A stretch of 64,000 nt of DNA, taken from assembly GCA_951406725.2 (NCBI GenBank), contig OX597821.1:52142001-52206000 (forward strand), read 5' to 3'. Positions 26,898 to 40,059 of the stretch are shown here, in pieces. Within the stretch, counting starts at the first letter, position 1. Each line of letters begins with the position of its first letter. The position numbers and the translations under genes are program-made. The notes under the pieces are model-generated. The model did no database searches, had not been told where the DNA came from, and was given only the letters and a program-made list of their open reading frames with translations. This stretch comes from Octopus vulgaris (lineage: Eukaryota).

Positions 26898-29199
26898 TAT
26901 GTTTGACTTTTGCTTTATATTTGTACAAGTTGGCTCCAAGTCTCACCCAGAGACCTCAAGAGACAACAGGGTTGGAAGTTCATGTTGTTGTTATGCCTAG
27001 TGTGCCATATATTTGGGGGGTGGGGATGTTGTACTAATGAATGTCTAAAAATAAAAAAAAAAAAAAGGTTTTTTTTTTTTGTTTTTTTTTTAAACCGAAA
27101 ATTATGTTTGTTTTAAACCTTGAGATTACATAGAGAGTATTTTGCGTAGGATATGAGCAGTTCCCATGAGCACTATCTTTTGAACTTCTGCCATTTTGGG
27201 GTTTCCTGGTATCTGAGTTAGGTAGCTATCAGCCCCTTTTGCTATCATTCCCAGGGCACCTATGACAACAGGTATTGTTTTAGTCTTCAGCTTCCACATT
27301 TTGCTGATTTCTATTTCAAGATCTTTATATTTGCTCAGTTTTTGGTAGGTCTTGACAGATACGTTTATATCGATTGGGACAGTCATATCAATGAGGAGGC
27401 ATGTTCTTTGTTTGAAGTTTTTCAATATGATGTCTGGCCTATTTGCATCTATCTTCCTGTCAGTTTGAATGGTGAAGTTCCAGAGGAGTGAGATGTGGTC
27501 ATTTTCAAGCACTGGGGGTGGTTTGTGTTCCCACCAGTTTTTTTCATGGGGCAAATCCAGGTTTTTACAGATTACCCATTGAATATATTGTGCAGCTCTA
27601 TCGTGCCTGTTGAGATACTCTGTAGGCGCTAGAAGACTGCACTTGGAGACCACATGGTCAATGGTTTCATTTTGTTGCTTGCATACACGACACGTTGGAC
27701 TGCTTCTGATCTTTAATATGTTGGCCTGGTAGTTTCTTGTTGGTAGGCATTGATCTTGAGCTGCTATGATAAACCCCTCTGTTTCAGATTTTAAGCCAGA
27801 GGCCATTAGCCATTGATGGGTCAGGGCTTTGTCGATATCTGCATTATTCGCTCTCTTTGGGTATTTGCCATAGAGAGGTTTTTCTTGCCATTTATTATTC
27901 AGAATATCTAAGGCCGCAGTTTTGGCACGGGTTTTCATGCGCCTAGCTTTTTCTGTGCTTGTTTCTTGTATATCTATCTCCGAAATTGGTTGTATTCGGA
28001 ATTCACTTAGATATTCCTTTGCCTGTTTTGTGACTGAGTATGATGCTTTCTTGTTTTCATGTTTTGAGACAAGTTTTAGCATCCAGTCCTCAGAGTTTTT
28101 CAGGTAGGTGTCTAGGCCAATTGTAGCAATCTTCATTGTTATTGCCAGTTGCAAAAGACCACGGCCTCCCTCTTTTCTTGGCAGATAGAGTCGTTCTGTA
28201 TCTGCCTTAGGGTGGTGCATTCTATGCATTGTCAACAGTTTCCTTATTTTTCTGTCGAGCTGACATATTTCAGTAATTGACCAGTTAACAATATTGAAAC
28301 TGTAAGTCACGACTGGTATAGCTAATGCATTGATTGCTTCGATCCTGTTTCTTGCATTCAGCTCTGTCTTGAGTATTGCTCTCACTCTTCGATAGCATTC
28401 TCTCCTGATCCTTTCCTTCATCTCTGAATGCCTTATTCCGTTCCCTTCAATTATCCCTAGGTACTTGTAGCTCTCCGCTGGGTCTAGTTCTTTTATGACA
28501 TTCTGTTGGTCAAGGTTAACGTTAGATGTTTCTGTCATTTTTCCTTTGATAAAGGTAGCCTTTGCACATTTATCGAGGCCGAATTGCATTCTGATGTCGT
28601 CACTGAATTGTTTGACTATCGCTAGTAAGCCCTTGAGTTGTTGATCATTTTTTGCAAAAAGCTTTAAATCATCCATGTAAACGAGATGATTTATATTTTT
28701 ATCAAACATTTTATACCCGTACTGCGCGTCATTGAGCAGCTTTGAGAGAGGTATTAAGGATAAACAAAAGAGGAGTGGTGACAGTGAGTCACCCTGGAAA
28801 ATGCCACACGAAATGTTTACATCACCAGCATTTAGGAATTCACTGTCACTGTTCAGAGTTAGTGTGGTTCTCCATGATCTCATACTTACAGTCAAGAAGT
28901 TTCGCAGAGTTGGTGCTATCTTATACATTTCAAGGCATTTTCTAATCCAGCTATGTGGTAGGCTATCAAAAGCCTTTTTATAGTCTATCCAGGCTATTGA
29001 TAAGTTTTTGTGTCGTTTGTGACAATCTTCTAAGATCATCTTATTGATGAGTAGTTGGTCTTTACAGCCGTAGGATCCACGTTTACATCCTTTCTGTTCA
29101 TTAGGGAATATGCTGCTGTCTGTTAAAAAACTATAGGTATATTCCGTCAGGACAGATGTTAGTGTTTTGTACATAGTTGTTAAGCAAGTTATGGGTCTA

Positions 29200-29201
<2 letters not shown>
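26897..29201 (-). mobile_element. Dong/R4-type LINE copy, 5'-truncated, inserted in (TAA)n
   Basis: ORF above plus about 230 bp of 3'UTR. (TTA)n on both flanks (26862-26896 and 29202-29248). The 3'UTR matches the copy at 53831-54022. Confidence 0.92.
27126..29174 (-). CDS. Reverse transcriptase + CCHC zinc knuckle + restriction-like endonuclease ORF of an R4/Dong-clade non-LTR retrotransposon (5'-truncated)
   Basis: 682 aa uninterrupted. RT motifs DYKKAFDS, GIFQGDSLSPLLF, YMDD and YKYLG; CRVC-x8-H-x4-C knuckle; RHD, RPDI..IDMTVP..KLSKY endonuclease motifs. The frame continues upstream to YRPITCL (RT domain 1) at about 29201, so the listed ATG is internal. Confidence 0.95.
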   Translation of the reverse strand: MYKTLTSVLTEYTYSFLTDSSIFPNEQKGCKRGSYGCKDQLLINKMILEDCHKRHKNLSIAWIDYKKAFDSLPHSWIRKCLEMYKIAPTLRNFLTVSMRSWRTTLTLNSDSEFLNAGDVNISCGIFQGDSLSPLLFCLSLIPLSKLLNDAQYGYKMFDKNINHLVYMDDLKLFAKNDQQLKGLLAIVKQFSDDIRMQFGLDKCAKATFIKGKMTETSNVNLDQQNVIKELDPAESYKYLGIIEGNGIRHSEMKERIRRECYRRVRAILKTELNARNRIEAINALAIPVVTYSFNIVNWSITEICQLDRKIRKLLTMHRMHHPKADTERLYLPRKEGGRGLLQLAITMKIATIGLDTYLKNSEDWMLKLVSKHENKKASYSVTKQAKEYLSEFRIQPISEIDIQETSTEKARRMKTRAKTAALDILNNKWQEKPLYGKYPKRANNADIDKALTHQWLMASGLKSETEGFIIAAQDQCLPTRNYQANILKIRSSPTCRVCKQQNETIDHVVSKCSLLAPTEYLNRHDRAAQYIQWVICKNLDLPHEKNWWEHKPPPVLENDHISLLWNFTIQTDRKIDANRPDIILKNFKQRTCLLIDMTVPIDINVSVKTYQKLSKYKDLEIEISKMWKLKTKTIPVVIGALGMIAKGADSYLTQIPGNPKMAEVQKIVLMGTAHILRKILSM

Positions 29202-29251
<50 letters not shown>

Positions 29252-30170
29252 TTTGTTCATCATGTACAAGTACGTGTGTATTTTTATTTCATTTAATTTA
29301 GTTTAAGAAAAATTGAAGCATGACTTTGACAATTCCGGATCGTATTGAACTTATTTTGTGCGTGACCTCTGGCGAACCCTGTATAAATGTGTGTATATAT
29401 ATATATATATACACATACAGGGTAGTCCACACACACAATCACACACAAACATACATATATGCACAAAGAGAAAAGATTGTTAATAAAACATTTAGTTGCA
29501 CCATAATTTACATGTCTCATTAACAAATAATAATCATCGGTTGCATAATTAAGTCTATATAAACAAATTGCATTGTCATATTCTATTTATGACTATCCTG
29601 ATTATGTTGTCATCTCGGGTTCAGTAAATAATTGTGTTTATTAGGCCGTCGTGTTTGGCGGGGTCTTTTCAAAATTCTTCTCTATAAAGTACACCAAAGA
29701 TGTAAACAAACGTCTTAACCTAATTCCTCACTGTTGTTTATTGAAACGATGACGGTACTGTCCTTAATCCAATAAAATCTACAAGTTTTTTCATTCTCTC
29801 TCTGCTTATTTTCTTTTATTCTTTCTTGTTAAAGAGCATAGTCTCGAAACGTCAAAAGTGTTTCATTTTGCCAAGCGTCAAACTAATACATTTGCTTGTT
29901 GTTCATACACCTGTCTTTGTCCTTGCTTTTCTATAAATTTCGACAATATATAGGCTGAAACCGCTATAAGAAGTAATTTTTAGGATTTCATTAATTTATA
30001 CTGTGACTTTTAAAATCTGTATTTGTATTATTATCTTATCCATTGATTTATATAATATTTTTGTATGCTTTTGATGTTCTCATTTGTAAAATAAATAAAT
30101 AATAATCCAACATTATAATATCCGTAAGTTGATGAACAAACCAAATTTGTTTCTCCATCTTCTTATTTGC

Positions 30171-30241
<71 letters not shown>

Positions 30242-30320
30242 TTATATATATATATGCGTAAATAAATTTATACTTACACATATATATACGCATACATACA
30301 GACACACATATAGTATACAA

Positions 30321-30388
<68 letters not shown>

Positions 30389-30889
30389 GCAGTTACACAT
30401 ATACACATATTTGTATATATGCACTATAGGCTATATACCATTCGGTTGGAACCGGCAGTTGAATAGTTCACTGAGTACATTCAGAAAACGAAGCACAAGT
30501 GATTGTGCATAACATATTTCTATTGTACACACACGTGCGTTTCATTAACAGAGACTAATTATACACAGAGACACACGCACACACAAAGACACACAGAGAC
30601 ACACATGCATATATATACTTACATGTATATGTGCATACCTTTGCATACATACATACTGATATATATATGTATTTATTTATTGAGGAATGTATGTGTTGCT
30701 TGTGAGTACATATGTATCCATCCATCCATCTATTTATCTTTCGTAGCACAAAGAACAAGCAAACATAATATGTATTTTATATTTTCATCAGCAGAAGCTA
30801 CATACACAGAAATTACAGTGTTGCTTTCGTGCATTGTTGAAACTCTGGACTCTAGAGTCACTTTGAAACTTTGCTGTTCTGTTTAAAAT

Positions 30890-30959
<70 letters not shown>

Positions 30960-32029
30960 TATACATAGGTATCGCTAGTCTTACTTCAGTGATTTTTAAT
31001 TCGATTTATGTTTCAGTTTCTTATTATTGGAGATGTGTAACGAAATAACATCGTGAGAATTCCACCATTTTGTAGAGAAGATAACAGGAAATTTTAGTGG
31101 TTTAACTTAATTAAGTAACATAAACAACAGAGAAAGAATTCGAAAAAAGATAATAATATAATTAGTTTAAGTTAATGAGGGGATATTTCATGTACGTAAG
31201 TAAGCGTAATGAATAAGAAAATTGGAATTAACCGTAAAGTTCATAACAGCTGTTGTCATAATCCAATTTCTGATGAAGATGCTATGTTTCAAATAACGTT
31301 AATAATAGAATCCAATCTTGAATCGCATTCATCCCGTGAGGCCAATTTGCATTCGATCACTGCACTCAAAAATAAGAAAACTACAATAATGGAAACAAAA
31401 AAAAATCTACGGTGAAGAAGTAGCACTAAACAAATTTCACACATGGTGAGAGATAGAAACATTGTTTTTGCATATCGAGAAACATGAAAATAATAAGGAA
31501 ATAATAAAGACAATAAATAAATAATGAAGACAGTAACGAATAATGAAGTCAACAAGGAAATAATGATGATATTAAGGTAATGATGAAGATAATAAATAAC
31601 TAAACTAATTATATGTCAAATTACCCTTCTGTTTAACTAATTTCTGCACTAGAAAACCGTTAGCAACGCATGTATCTATATAAAAAGTCACATATGCATA
31701 TTCAAACATGCGCACACACACGCACGCACGCACACAGAGACACATACATCGATTAGTTACAGTATTTATTAGCATCTAAACATCTCAACAAGAAGGGCGC
31801 CTAGGTATTACTAGGACTTCACAGTATGGTAAAACAATCGCTAGTTATTTGTTGGTAGTATACTGCAAGTATCTTTAGATACACACACACACATACACAT
31901 TGACACACACATACATGCGCGCGCACACATCATATACATACAGGCAGGTACCAAATCCAATATAAACTTTAGATCCAATCCAGGATTGGTTTCAGGTGTG
32001 GCGTATGCATAAACGAGGAACACAAACAG

Positions 32030-32305
32030 GGTTCAAAATTCGTAACAATTGTTTCAGTAGTATTTTAGTGATGCATTATTAGATTACATCATAGCAAAAC
32101 CCTATCATCAGGTAATCTTTAAGCACACATACAGGCATGTAAAATAATCAGAAGATGATCCGTTCACCAACTATCATGTTATCATCAGATTTTACCTTGC
32201 CTATATATGACTTCAAAATTTACCTGAAGGTGGTGAGATTTTGCTATGATGTAATCTATGGATGCATCAATATAATGCTACGGAAACAGCTGTGAATTTT
32301 GAACC
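32030..32305. repeat. Diverged inverted repeat (about 120-bp arms)
   Basis: ggttcaaaattc..tagattacatcatagcaaaa..tcaggtaa pairs with ttacctga..ttttgctatgatgtaatcta..gaattttgaacc. Confidence 0.85.
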
Positions 32306-32316
32306 ACCCACTTTGT

Positions 32317-32368
<52 letters not shown>

Positions 32369-33489
32369 GTCTCTATATACAGGCGTATATAAATATATAT
32401 ACATATGTACATGCGAAAATATTGGGAAGAACATTAAAGCACTAATGCAATCAATATTACTCTTTTTTTACTGTTATTTTTAGTCTCTCTCTCTCTCATG
32501 TATATATATGTATGTTAAATCCACCAATTCTCTCTGTTGTATATGGCATATAACACACACACGCACATGTATATATCTGAATGTGTGTGTTCACGTGCAT
32601 GTAGTTGTATGTTCATATACATAAAACTAATATCTATACCTATGCAAGTATATCTAGATACATAATTTGTATATATATGTAAATGTATGTTTGTGTGTGC
32701 TTATATTGCATATATTAGGTATATACATACGTACATGATGCACATATGTATGTGGATGGATACATTTTGTTACAATATATTGCCCATTCACAAAATAATG
32801 CGCTATATGGATTTCAACAGTTTTACAATATCTATTACATGCTAGTTCTACATAATTCTCTAATATTACAGATATACATGCAAACACATATACATGCTTG
32901 CAAACATAGAAAAATATATACATACATATATCTAGCTGTGGGTGTATTTAAAGAGAGTTTATGTTTGATATCACGTATCTATATATTAAAGTGTATGTAT
33001 AAAAATCATTGGTGTCATGATGCATTGAATTCCTCACATAATACAACATTTTATTGATTTCGCAATTAATCGTGAAAGAAAAATGCTTGGCTCTGTTTCT
33101 ATGCTATAGACTAGATTTAATCTCTCTAATGCAGCAACGCAACTTCGCCTATATCAATTCATAGGTACCCAGACGTAACAATATAAATACATTTTATAGT
33201 TGCCACTAACTTTGTAGTTTCTTTTAGTGATGAAAAATGTCATTTTTTTCTCTAGTTTTCTTTCAACATTTCAATGGATTTCTTTCGAGTAAAAATCTCT
33301 TTTTTTTAAAACATTGAAGAGAGAATTTCTTTTAAGAATTTATATGACGTTATTTGCTTTTCTTGTAGAAGCAGAACTCTCGTAGATTTAAAAAAAAAAA
33401 TTGATTACACTTTCTTAAATACATCAAGACATGTTTCTAAATTACATTGATGAAATAAATTTGTCGAGTATTTTCTCAATAAAAAAACC

Positions 33490-33529
<40 letters not shown>

Positions 33530-34367
33530 CTATCGATTTTTACTATTTATTGTATTTCTCTGTCTGCTCGATGATTCAGCAATAGGAAGTAATCACTTAC
33601 AAAGCTTAACTGAATCAACAAAAAAACTGCTTCATTATGAAGAAGAATGATTTATTAAGGATATCTGCATGGCTCAGATTGAATACATTATTACAGAATC
33701 AGTCAAGGAAAGTTGGTATTTTGAATTTATGGAAGCAAAAACTACTTTGGAAAAACTGATTGTGTGTTTGTGTCTGTGTCTATACGTATGTGTGTGCATG
33801 TGTGTGTACACGCGTGTGTAGGTGTCGGTTTCTTTATACTGCAGAAAATAGTGTATATGTATATACCCAGATATGAATATATGCCTGTATTTGCATATGT
33901 ATATGTATGGAGAAGTGCATATACTGACTAATGATATCACCTGGTATTTGTTTCAGCACAACATTTCTACTTGTGTTCTCTCCGGCTTTCTTTGATAATT
34001 TTTCAGATTTCCCTAAGCGATCGTCATGCAATGCAAGAGGCAAATGAAAAAAAATGTCGGAGGGTAGAACGGTCGATTAGAATAATGAAGAAGAAGACAC
34101 TAATATGAATATATCACTATATAACAATATTCCACATTTCAGAACCTCGGAAAAATGTGATTCGTCTCCTTCATATTAATAAAACATTTTGCATATTTCT
34201 TATATCACGTGAAAATTAACGTTCTTTTGTAATAAGAAATACTCGCAGTTTCTAAAGTGTTTCTCATTTTGCTACACTTAGATTTGATATTTGAAAGTCT
34301 ATTAAGTTTGACAAGCTCTTTGAAACAAAACTCAGAAATTTTGTATCATTCCTGTAGATTCTTACTG

Positions 34368-34455
<88 letters not shown>

Positions 34456-34472
34456 AATATGTATATACATAT

Positions 34473-34523
<51 letters not shown>

Positions 34524-34544
34524 CATATATATATGCGCGCGCGT

Positions 34545-34750
34545 GTCTATACGTCTGTGTTTGTCCAACCACCGCTTGACAACTGGTGTTGGTGTGTTTA
34601 CTTCCCCGTAACTTAGCGTTTCGGCAAAGAGAGACCAATAGAATAAATACCAGGTTTTAAAAAAATCCTGGGGTCGATTTGTTCGACTAAAACTCTTCAA
34701 GGATGCGCTCCAGTATGTCCATTGTGAAAAGACAGAAACAAGTTAAAAAA
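34545..34750 (+). mobile_element. SINE family B, 3' half
   Basis: cgcttgacaactggtgttggtgtgtttacttccccgtaacttagcg...gaaacaag. Confidence 0.8.
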
Positions 34751-36946
34751 TAAATGAATACATACATACATACATGCATACATACATATATACATATTTT
34801 GTATAAGGAAACGAATGAAATTGTTCGAAGGTTAACTAAGCTTTACTCACATCAGCGAACGTATTATTTAATGTTCTTATCGGGCTGTGAAGGGCAAATT
34901 TCGTGTTTATAGCTGATTGTAGGAATGCAGAAATGCATGTGTCCTACAATTCAGTGACGTTGTTTACAGCCAAAGCGTGTGCAAATAGGCCATCTAGGAG
35001 GGGACTATTTTCTGCAGAAAAAGGTCTCTTCACGTTCAAGTTAAATACGACTTTACACGAGTATATTCTATTCAATGCTGCTTCAGAACACACACACATA
35101 CACATACATATACACATACACACGCAAGCCTGTAACCATAATGTATTACGTCATCAGTTAACTAGGGGACATTTGAAGTGTTTGTACATTGTTTGACTTA
35201 ACAAAAACATCAGTTTTAGGTTGATGCGTATTTATATTTGTATTTAATTTCTTGTTGTTAGAATTCCAGTCATGGTGTTATGCTAAGATAGTTTAAGACA
35301 TGTTCCTATTAACCTACAATATTAATTCAGTAGGATTATTTCTGTGACAGATATAATCAAAACTTTTCTAAATATTGAGCCGTAATTTACTAAGAAGCAA
35401 ACAGTAAAAACAAAACCAGAAATAAATAAAAATCGGAGCATTTCGATATATTTGTGGATTACTTTAGATTTAATAGTTCCAAACCAATTCCTTAAATCTG
35501 GTATTTGAATAAATAAAATAAAATAATTATAAAAATAGAGATGTTTTTATTTTTTAATCTCATTATTTTTAACCTGAAAATAATATTTTGGCGTAATGCA
35601 GTGTTTGTATTTATTCCACGTAATTAAGATTTAATCCAGTTAAACCCGGGACTAAATATATTTATAGACACAGTAGAAGATAATCTCTTATCATTGATCG
35701 CATTTCTATTGGATCAAACTGCAGATTGGAGCTAAGACATTGTCAAAAAAACTTTTATATCTAATACAATACTTCTTAATCTCTTCTACAAGAGACATCT
35801 CCGTGTTTCTAATAACAATATGGGAAAATGAAAGAGAATCACGAAGAATTGGCAAAACAAACAGACTACATGAATAATACATAAATGAAACTATAAAGTG
35901 TAAAACTTGCTGAGGAATTCTTACATTTTATTCTAAAATCTGACTGATAATAATAGATGATGAAATATCTAGTATAAACACGTTTGAGAATAAAGTATTT
36001 AGTTTCTATATTTAATATCTGTCTTGGACAATATTTTGCAAGATATAGCATTGCATTCATAATTAAAAGAGAAGAAAATTGGATTATTTGGTATAAACAA
36101 ACAAAATTGTTATTGAGCTCCTGAAATTATATTTAGAAAAAATTGTTGAAACAAAGAATAAATTAACATCAATTTAGTTAATAAAAGGAAGCATTCCTTG
36201 TTTTAGAGTAGGCTTAGGGCCAACATCGAATGAGTGTCTGAATGTAGGTGATTTAATTGAATGCGGCGTTATATGAACTCAAAGTAGTGTTGTTGTAGTT
36301 AGTGGTGGTGGATGAACTAAAATAAGGAACGGAATTACAAAATAAAAAACAAAAAACAAACAAACGTAAAGCAAAACAAAACAATAACAAACGCACAAAA
36401 TCAAATTTGCCAAAGTTTCACAGCTATTGATAGTAGCAGAGCTGAAGAATCCAGGATATAATAAATAGTATGATAATAAATGGTAAAATGATGACATTGC
36501 AGTAGCAAAACGGATGAAAGATGGATACGATTATGTAATATAATATGATATGATAAAATACAACATAATACATCCATATATTATTTACGTCATACGAATT
36601 TAGAAACTTTGAGAGTCGGAAAATGAATAGTTATTATTGATGGAACGAGAAATAGATAAAGCTATAAATAATAGCGTGTAAATATTGCGTTAAAAAAACC
36701 CCATTGAATGGAAAAATTCGAAGGCTGCCCGTAGGACACAAACACTGCAACCACTTTTTATAAACGTGACAAATCTTCTACCGTTGTACCAAAGCAATCC
36801 TTCGAACTGGTCCGTTTATATAAGAAGCTTCGTTATAACCAGTGAAAATTATATGTTGTCTACAGCAGATGTGGTTTCGAGTCCCACGGTAGCCTTAAAT
36901 TTTTACCACCCAAGTTCTTTTCTAAAACCCAATATTTACACGCTAT

Positions 36947-37122
36947 AAAGCGGCGAACTGACAGAATCATTAGGACGCCGGGAGAAAGGCTTAGCGGCAT
37001 TTCGTCCATATTCACGTTCTGAGTTCAAATTCCGCCGAGGTCGACTCTGCCTTTTATCCTTTCGGAGTCGATAAAATAAGTACCAGTTGAGCACGGGGGT
37101 CGATGTAATCGACTATCTTTCC
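36947..37122 (+). mobile_element. SINE family A
   Basis: Match to the family A consensus. Confidence 0.85.
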
Positions 37123-37418
37123 CCGTATATATATCCTCCTGTGGCCAATAAAGAACATCATTGGTCAACGAGAATATTGTGCCCTCAGACAGAATTCCGC
37201 TTTTCCCTTGTAGCTCCACACGCATCCGCACATATTGCACATTAAACTTCTTCCTGGCTGTACGTTTTCGAATAGCTCGCTAAAGTTCAGCATGCAAAAT
37301 GTATATTTCTCCTTTCGTTTCACGTTTCCTCCATTGATGGCGACGACAAGCATTGCTTTGCTAATTGACTCTCCATATTTCACATGCCTTCAACGGACGG
37401 ACACACACACATCTATAG

Positions 37419-37485
<67 letters not shown>

Positions 37486-37488
<3 letters not shown>

Positions 37489-38734
37489 AGTCATTAAGAA
37501 TGAAATGTTCGATTTTTAACTGAAAGTTTATTTTATCTCAACAAAAAGCAATGCCGCTAATCAAAGTATGCACCCGAAATGTCAACACAATTTTGCCATT
37601 TCATCGATAGCTTATGCCAGTGAAGAAGAATTCTGAAGAGCAAAAGGTGATGAAATCACGAAAGGCTGTTTTTGAAGTTTTTGTCCTTGCAAAAATTGTC
37701 TAATGCATGGAAAACGTGATAGTCAGTTGGTGCAAGGTCTGGTGAATATGGTGGATGACAGAGTACTTCCAAATTCAGTTCCTGTAACTTGAGTAGCGTT
37801 CTTTGTACAACATGTGGTCGAGCATTGTCTTGCAAGAGAATTGGTCTGTCTCTGTTGACCTGTTTCGGTTGTTTAATTGCAAATTCACTCATCATTTCAT
37901 CCAATTGGTTGATGTACACATCTACTGTAATTGACTTACCAGATCTCATGAAAGTGTTGTGGATGACACAAGCGCTGGACCATCATACAGAGATCAATAG
38001 CTATTTTTGGTGAATATTCATTTTTGGATTGTGTTTTGACACTTCGTCTCTATCCAACCACCGTGCAGAACTCTTTACTATAGTTGAAAAGAACACATTT
38101 TTCATCATACGTAAGAATACGATGCAAAATGGTTCGCTTTTATGCCGTAACAGCAAGTTTCAAGATGATATGTTATTTGATTCTCGTTCATTTCGTTAGG
38201 TATCTACTTGTCTAGGTTCTTTACCATGCTGATTTGTTTCAGAAGGTCCAATACAGTTGGAATCGAAACATCAAACCTTGCAGCTAACTCACGCGTAGTT
38301 TGAGATGTATCCACTTCCACTAAAGTTTCCAGCTCATCATTATCCACCTTGATCTCAGGTCTACTACGGGCCTGATTTTCATGAGTGAAGTCACCAAACT
38401 GGAACTTCTCAAACCATTGACGTACAGTCTGTTAATTCACCACATCTTTACCAAACACTCCATTCATGTTAGGGGCTGTCTGGGATGCATTCGTTCCACA
38501 ACGGAACTCGTAGTCATAAACAACAGGAATTTTTAATCTCTCTATGGGTTCACAAAAATTGATTTACTAGAGAAAACTTACAATATAATTAGATACCATG
38601 AATTGTAAATCGAAAGGTACTGATGTAACTCTTCAATGTTGTAAAACAAAGAATTGTCATTGTAAAACATTAGGGTTAACGACTGTCGAACTTATTGCAT
38701 AAAAAAATCGGACATTTCATTTTTAATGACCTGA
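37486..38734 (-). mobile_element. Full-length decayed mariner transposon
   Basis: TIRs tcaagtcattaagaatgaaatgttcgattttt / aaaaatcggacatttcatttttaatgacctga in a TA context. ORF 37656-37949 carries LLQDNARPH and HPPYSPDLAPTDY. Confidence 0.93.
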
Positions 38735-39291
38735 TATATATATAATGTCTGTCACCATCATACATACGTACATAGTGAAATAAGACCAATCGACCACTGT
38801 TACTGGTTCTTCCTCTGCTGTATTTCAGCAGTGCAACTCTAATAACCATCATAAGGCTAGTGAAAAATAGATCTGCTCAATCAGAGTGACCTAGCACAAA
38901 ACAACAACTGGTTAGAATGTCTCTTCTGTTGTAATAGCTTTAGATTCAACACGCTGTGTTTGATTATCTAATATGCTAGACAACTACAACATATGCATAT
39001 ATACATATATTTAGATAAAATTATCAATATATAAATTAATACAAAGCATAATTTCAAACAGTTGTATACATACACACATGCAATATATTCGTTAATATCC
39101 AGGAGTGTGCGTGTTACCTTTCGCAGCACAAATCCCTTACAAGTAGCCACATTTCTTTACTACATAAATACACACGTATTTATTAAAGTTTATGCACACC
39201 AAGGTACGTTCAAACATATAGGCACGCACACACACACAACTCATTCATAGCATATAAAACTAGAAAGAAAAAAAGTAGTTGCCAAAATAGT

Positions 39292-39323
<32 letters not shown>

Positions 39324-39556
39324 TATTATATATAGCAGTATTGTGTATTATGTTGCATGCTTAAGTGAAGCTGGCTTGTTTGAAAACTATCTTTTGCTTT
39401 TGATACACTTAGCTACAAAAGGAACTTCACCACTACATGAGACTAAAGTTTTATATTATCTATTTCTAACTTTTTAAGAAACATTGTATAAATACGAAGG
39501 AGAGGCCCCAAGGTCGAAAATTAATTTGTTGCTGCTGTTTCTAATCAATTTAGTTA

Positions 39557-39742
39557 TTGGTTTCAAATTATGGTACAAGGCTAGCAATTTTGAGGGAGAG
39601 GGTAAGTCTATTACATCGATCCCATTACTCAACTGGTATTTCTTTTATTGACCCGAAAGGAGGGAAAGCAAAGTTGACCCCAGCGGAATTTGAACTCAGA
39701 ACATAAAGACGGCGCGGTAACGATTCTGCCAGATTGCCACAT
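39557..39742 (-). mobile_element. SINE family A
   Basis: Reverse-strand match with an internal deletion. Confidence 0.8.
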
Positions 39743-40059
39743 TAATCAATTTAATTATTATGGTCAAAATTTCAATTGATAATAACTTCTTTTCCGCTAA
39801 CCACATCAAGTATGGGAGCCTTTACTTAACACTGTATTTCGTTGATTATTTACTATGATGACTCATAACGACTTCTGTGTTTGTTATCAAAAGTTCTATG
39901 TAAACGTTATCTCTGATACATCAGGGAATATACATATATAGCATAGATAATCGTTTGATCTGATGAATGACTAACGATTTATTGTTGTTCAGTCCTAGGT
40001 CACTCTGATTGAGCAGATGTATTCGTCACCAGCCTTATGATGGAATTTTATAACCCTCT

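Larger units (their letters stand above)
26651..29380. mobile_element. Tc1/mariner-type TIR element (MITE-like) enclosing a SINE and the Dong LINE
   Basis: TA-cagggtgggccagaagtcacgcaccaaaa at 26649 and ttttgtgcgtgacctctggcgaaccctg-TA at about 29355-29382 form an imperfect inverted pair. Confidence 0.7.

Noticed and set aside
27922-28983. Plus-strand ORFs within the LINE
   Set aside because: Antisense shadows of the RT ORF.
33950-34043. Possible small minus-strand exon (GKSEKLSKKAGENTSRNVVLKQIP)
   Set aside because: Weak splice signals and no partner exons or recognisable domain.
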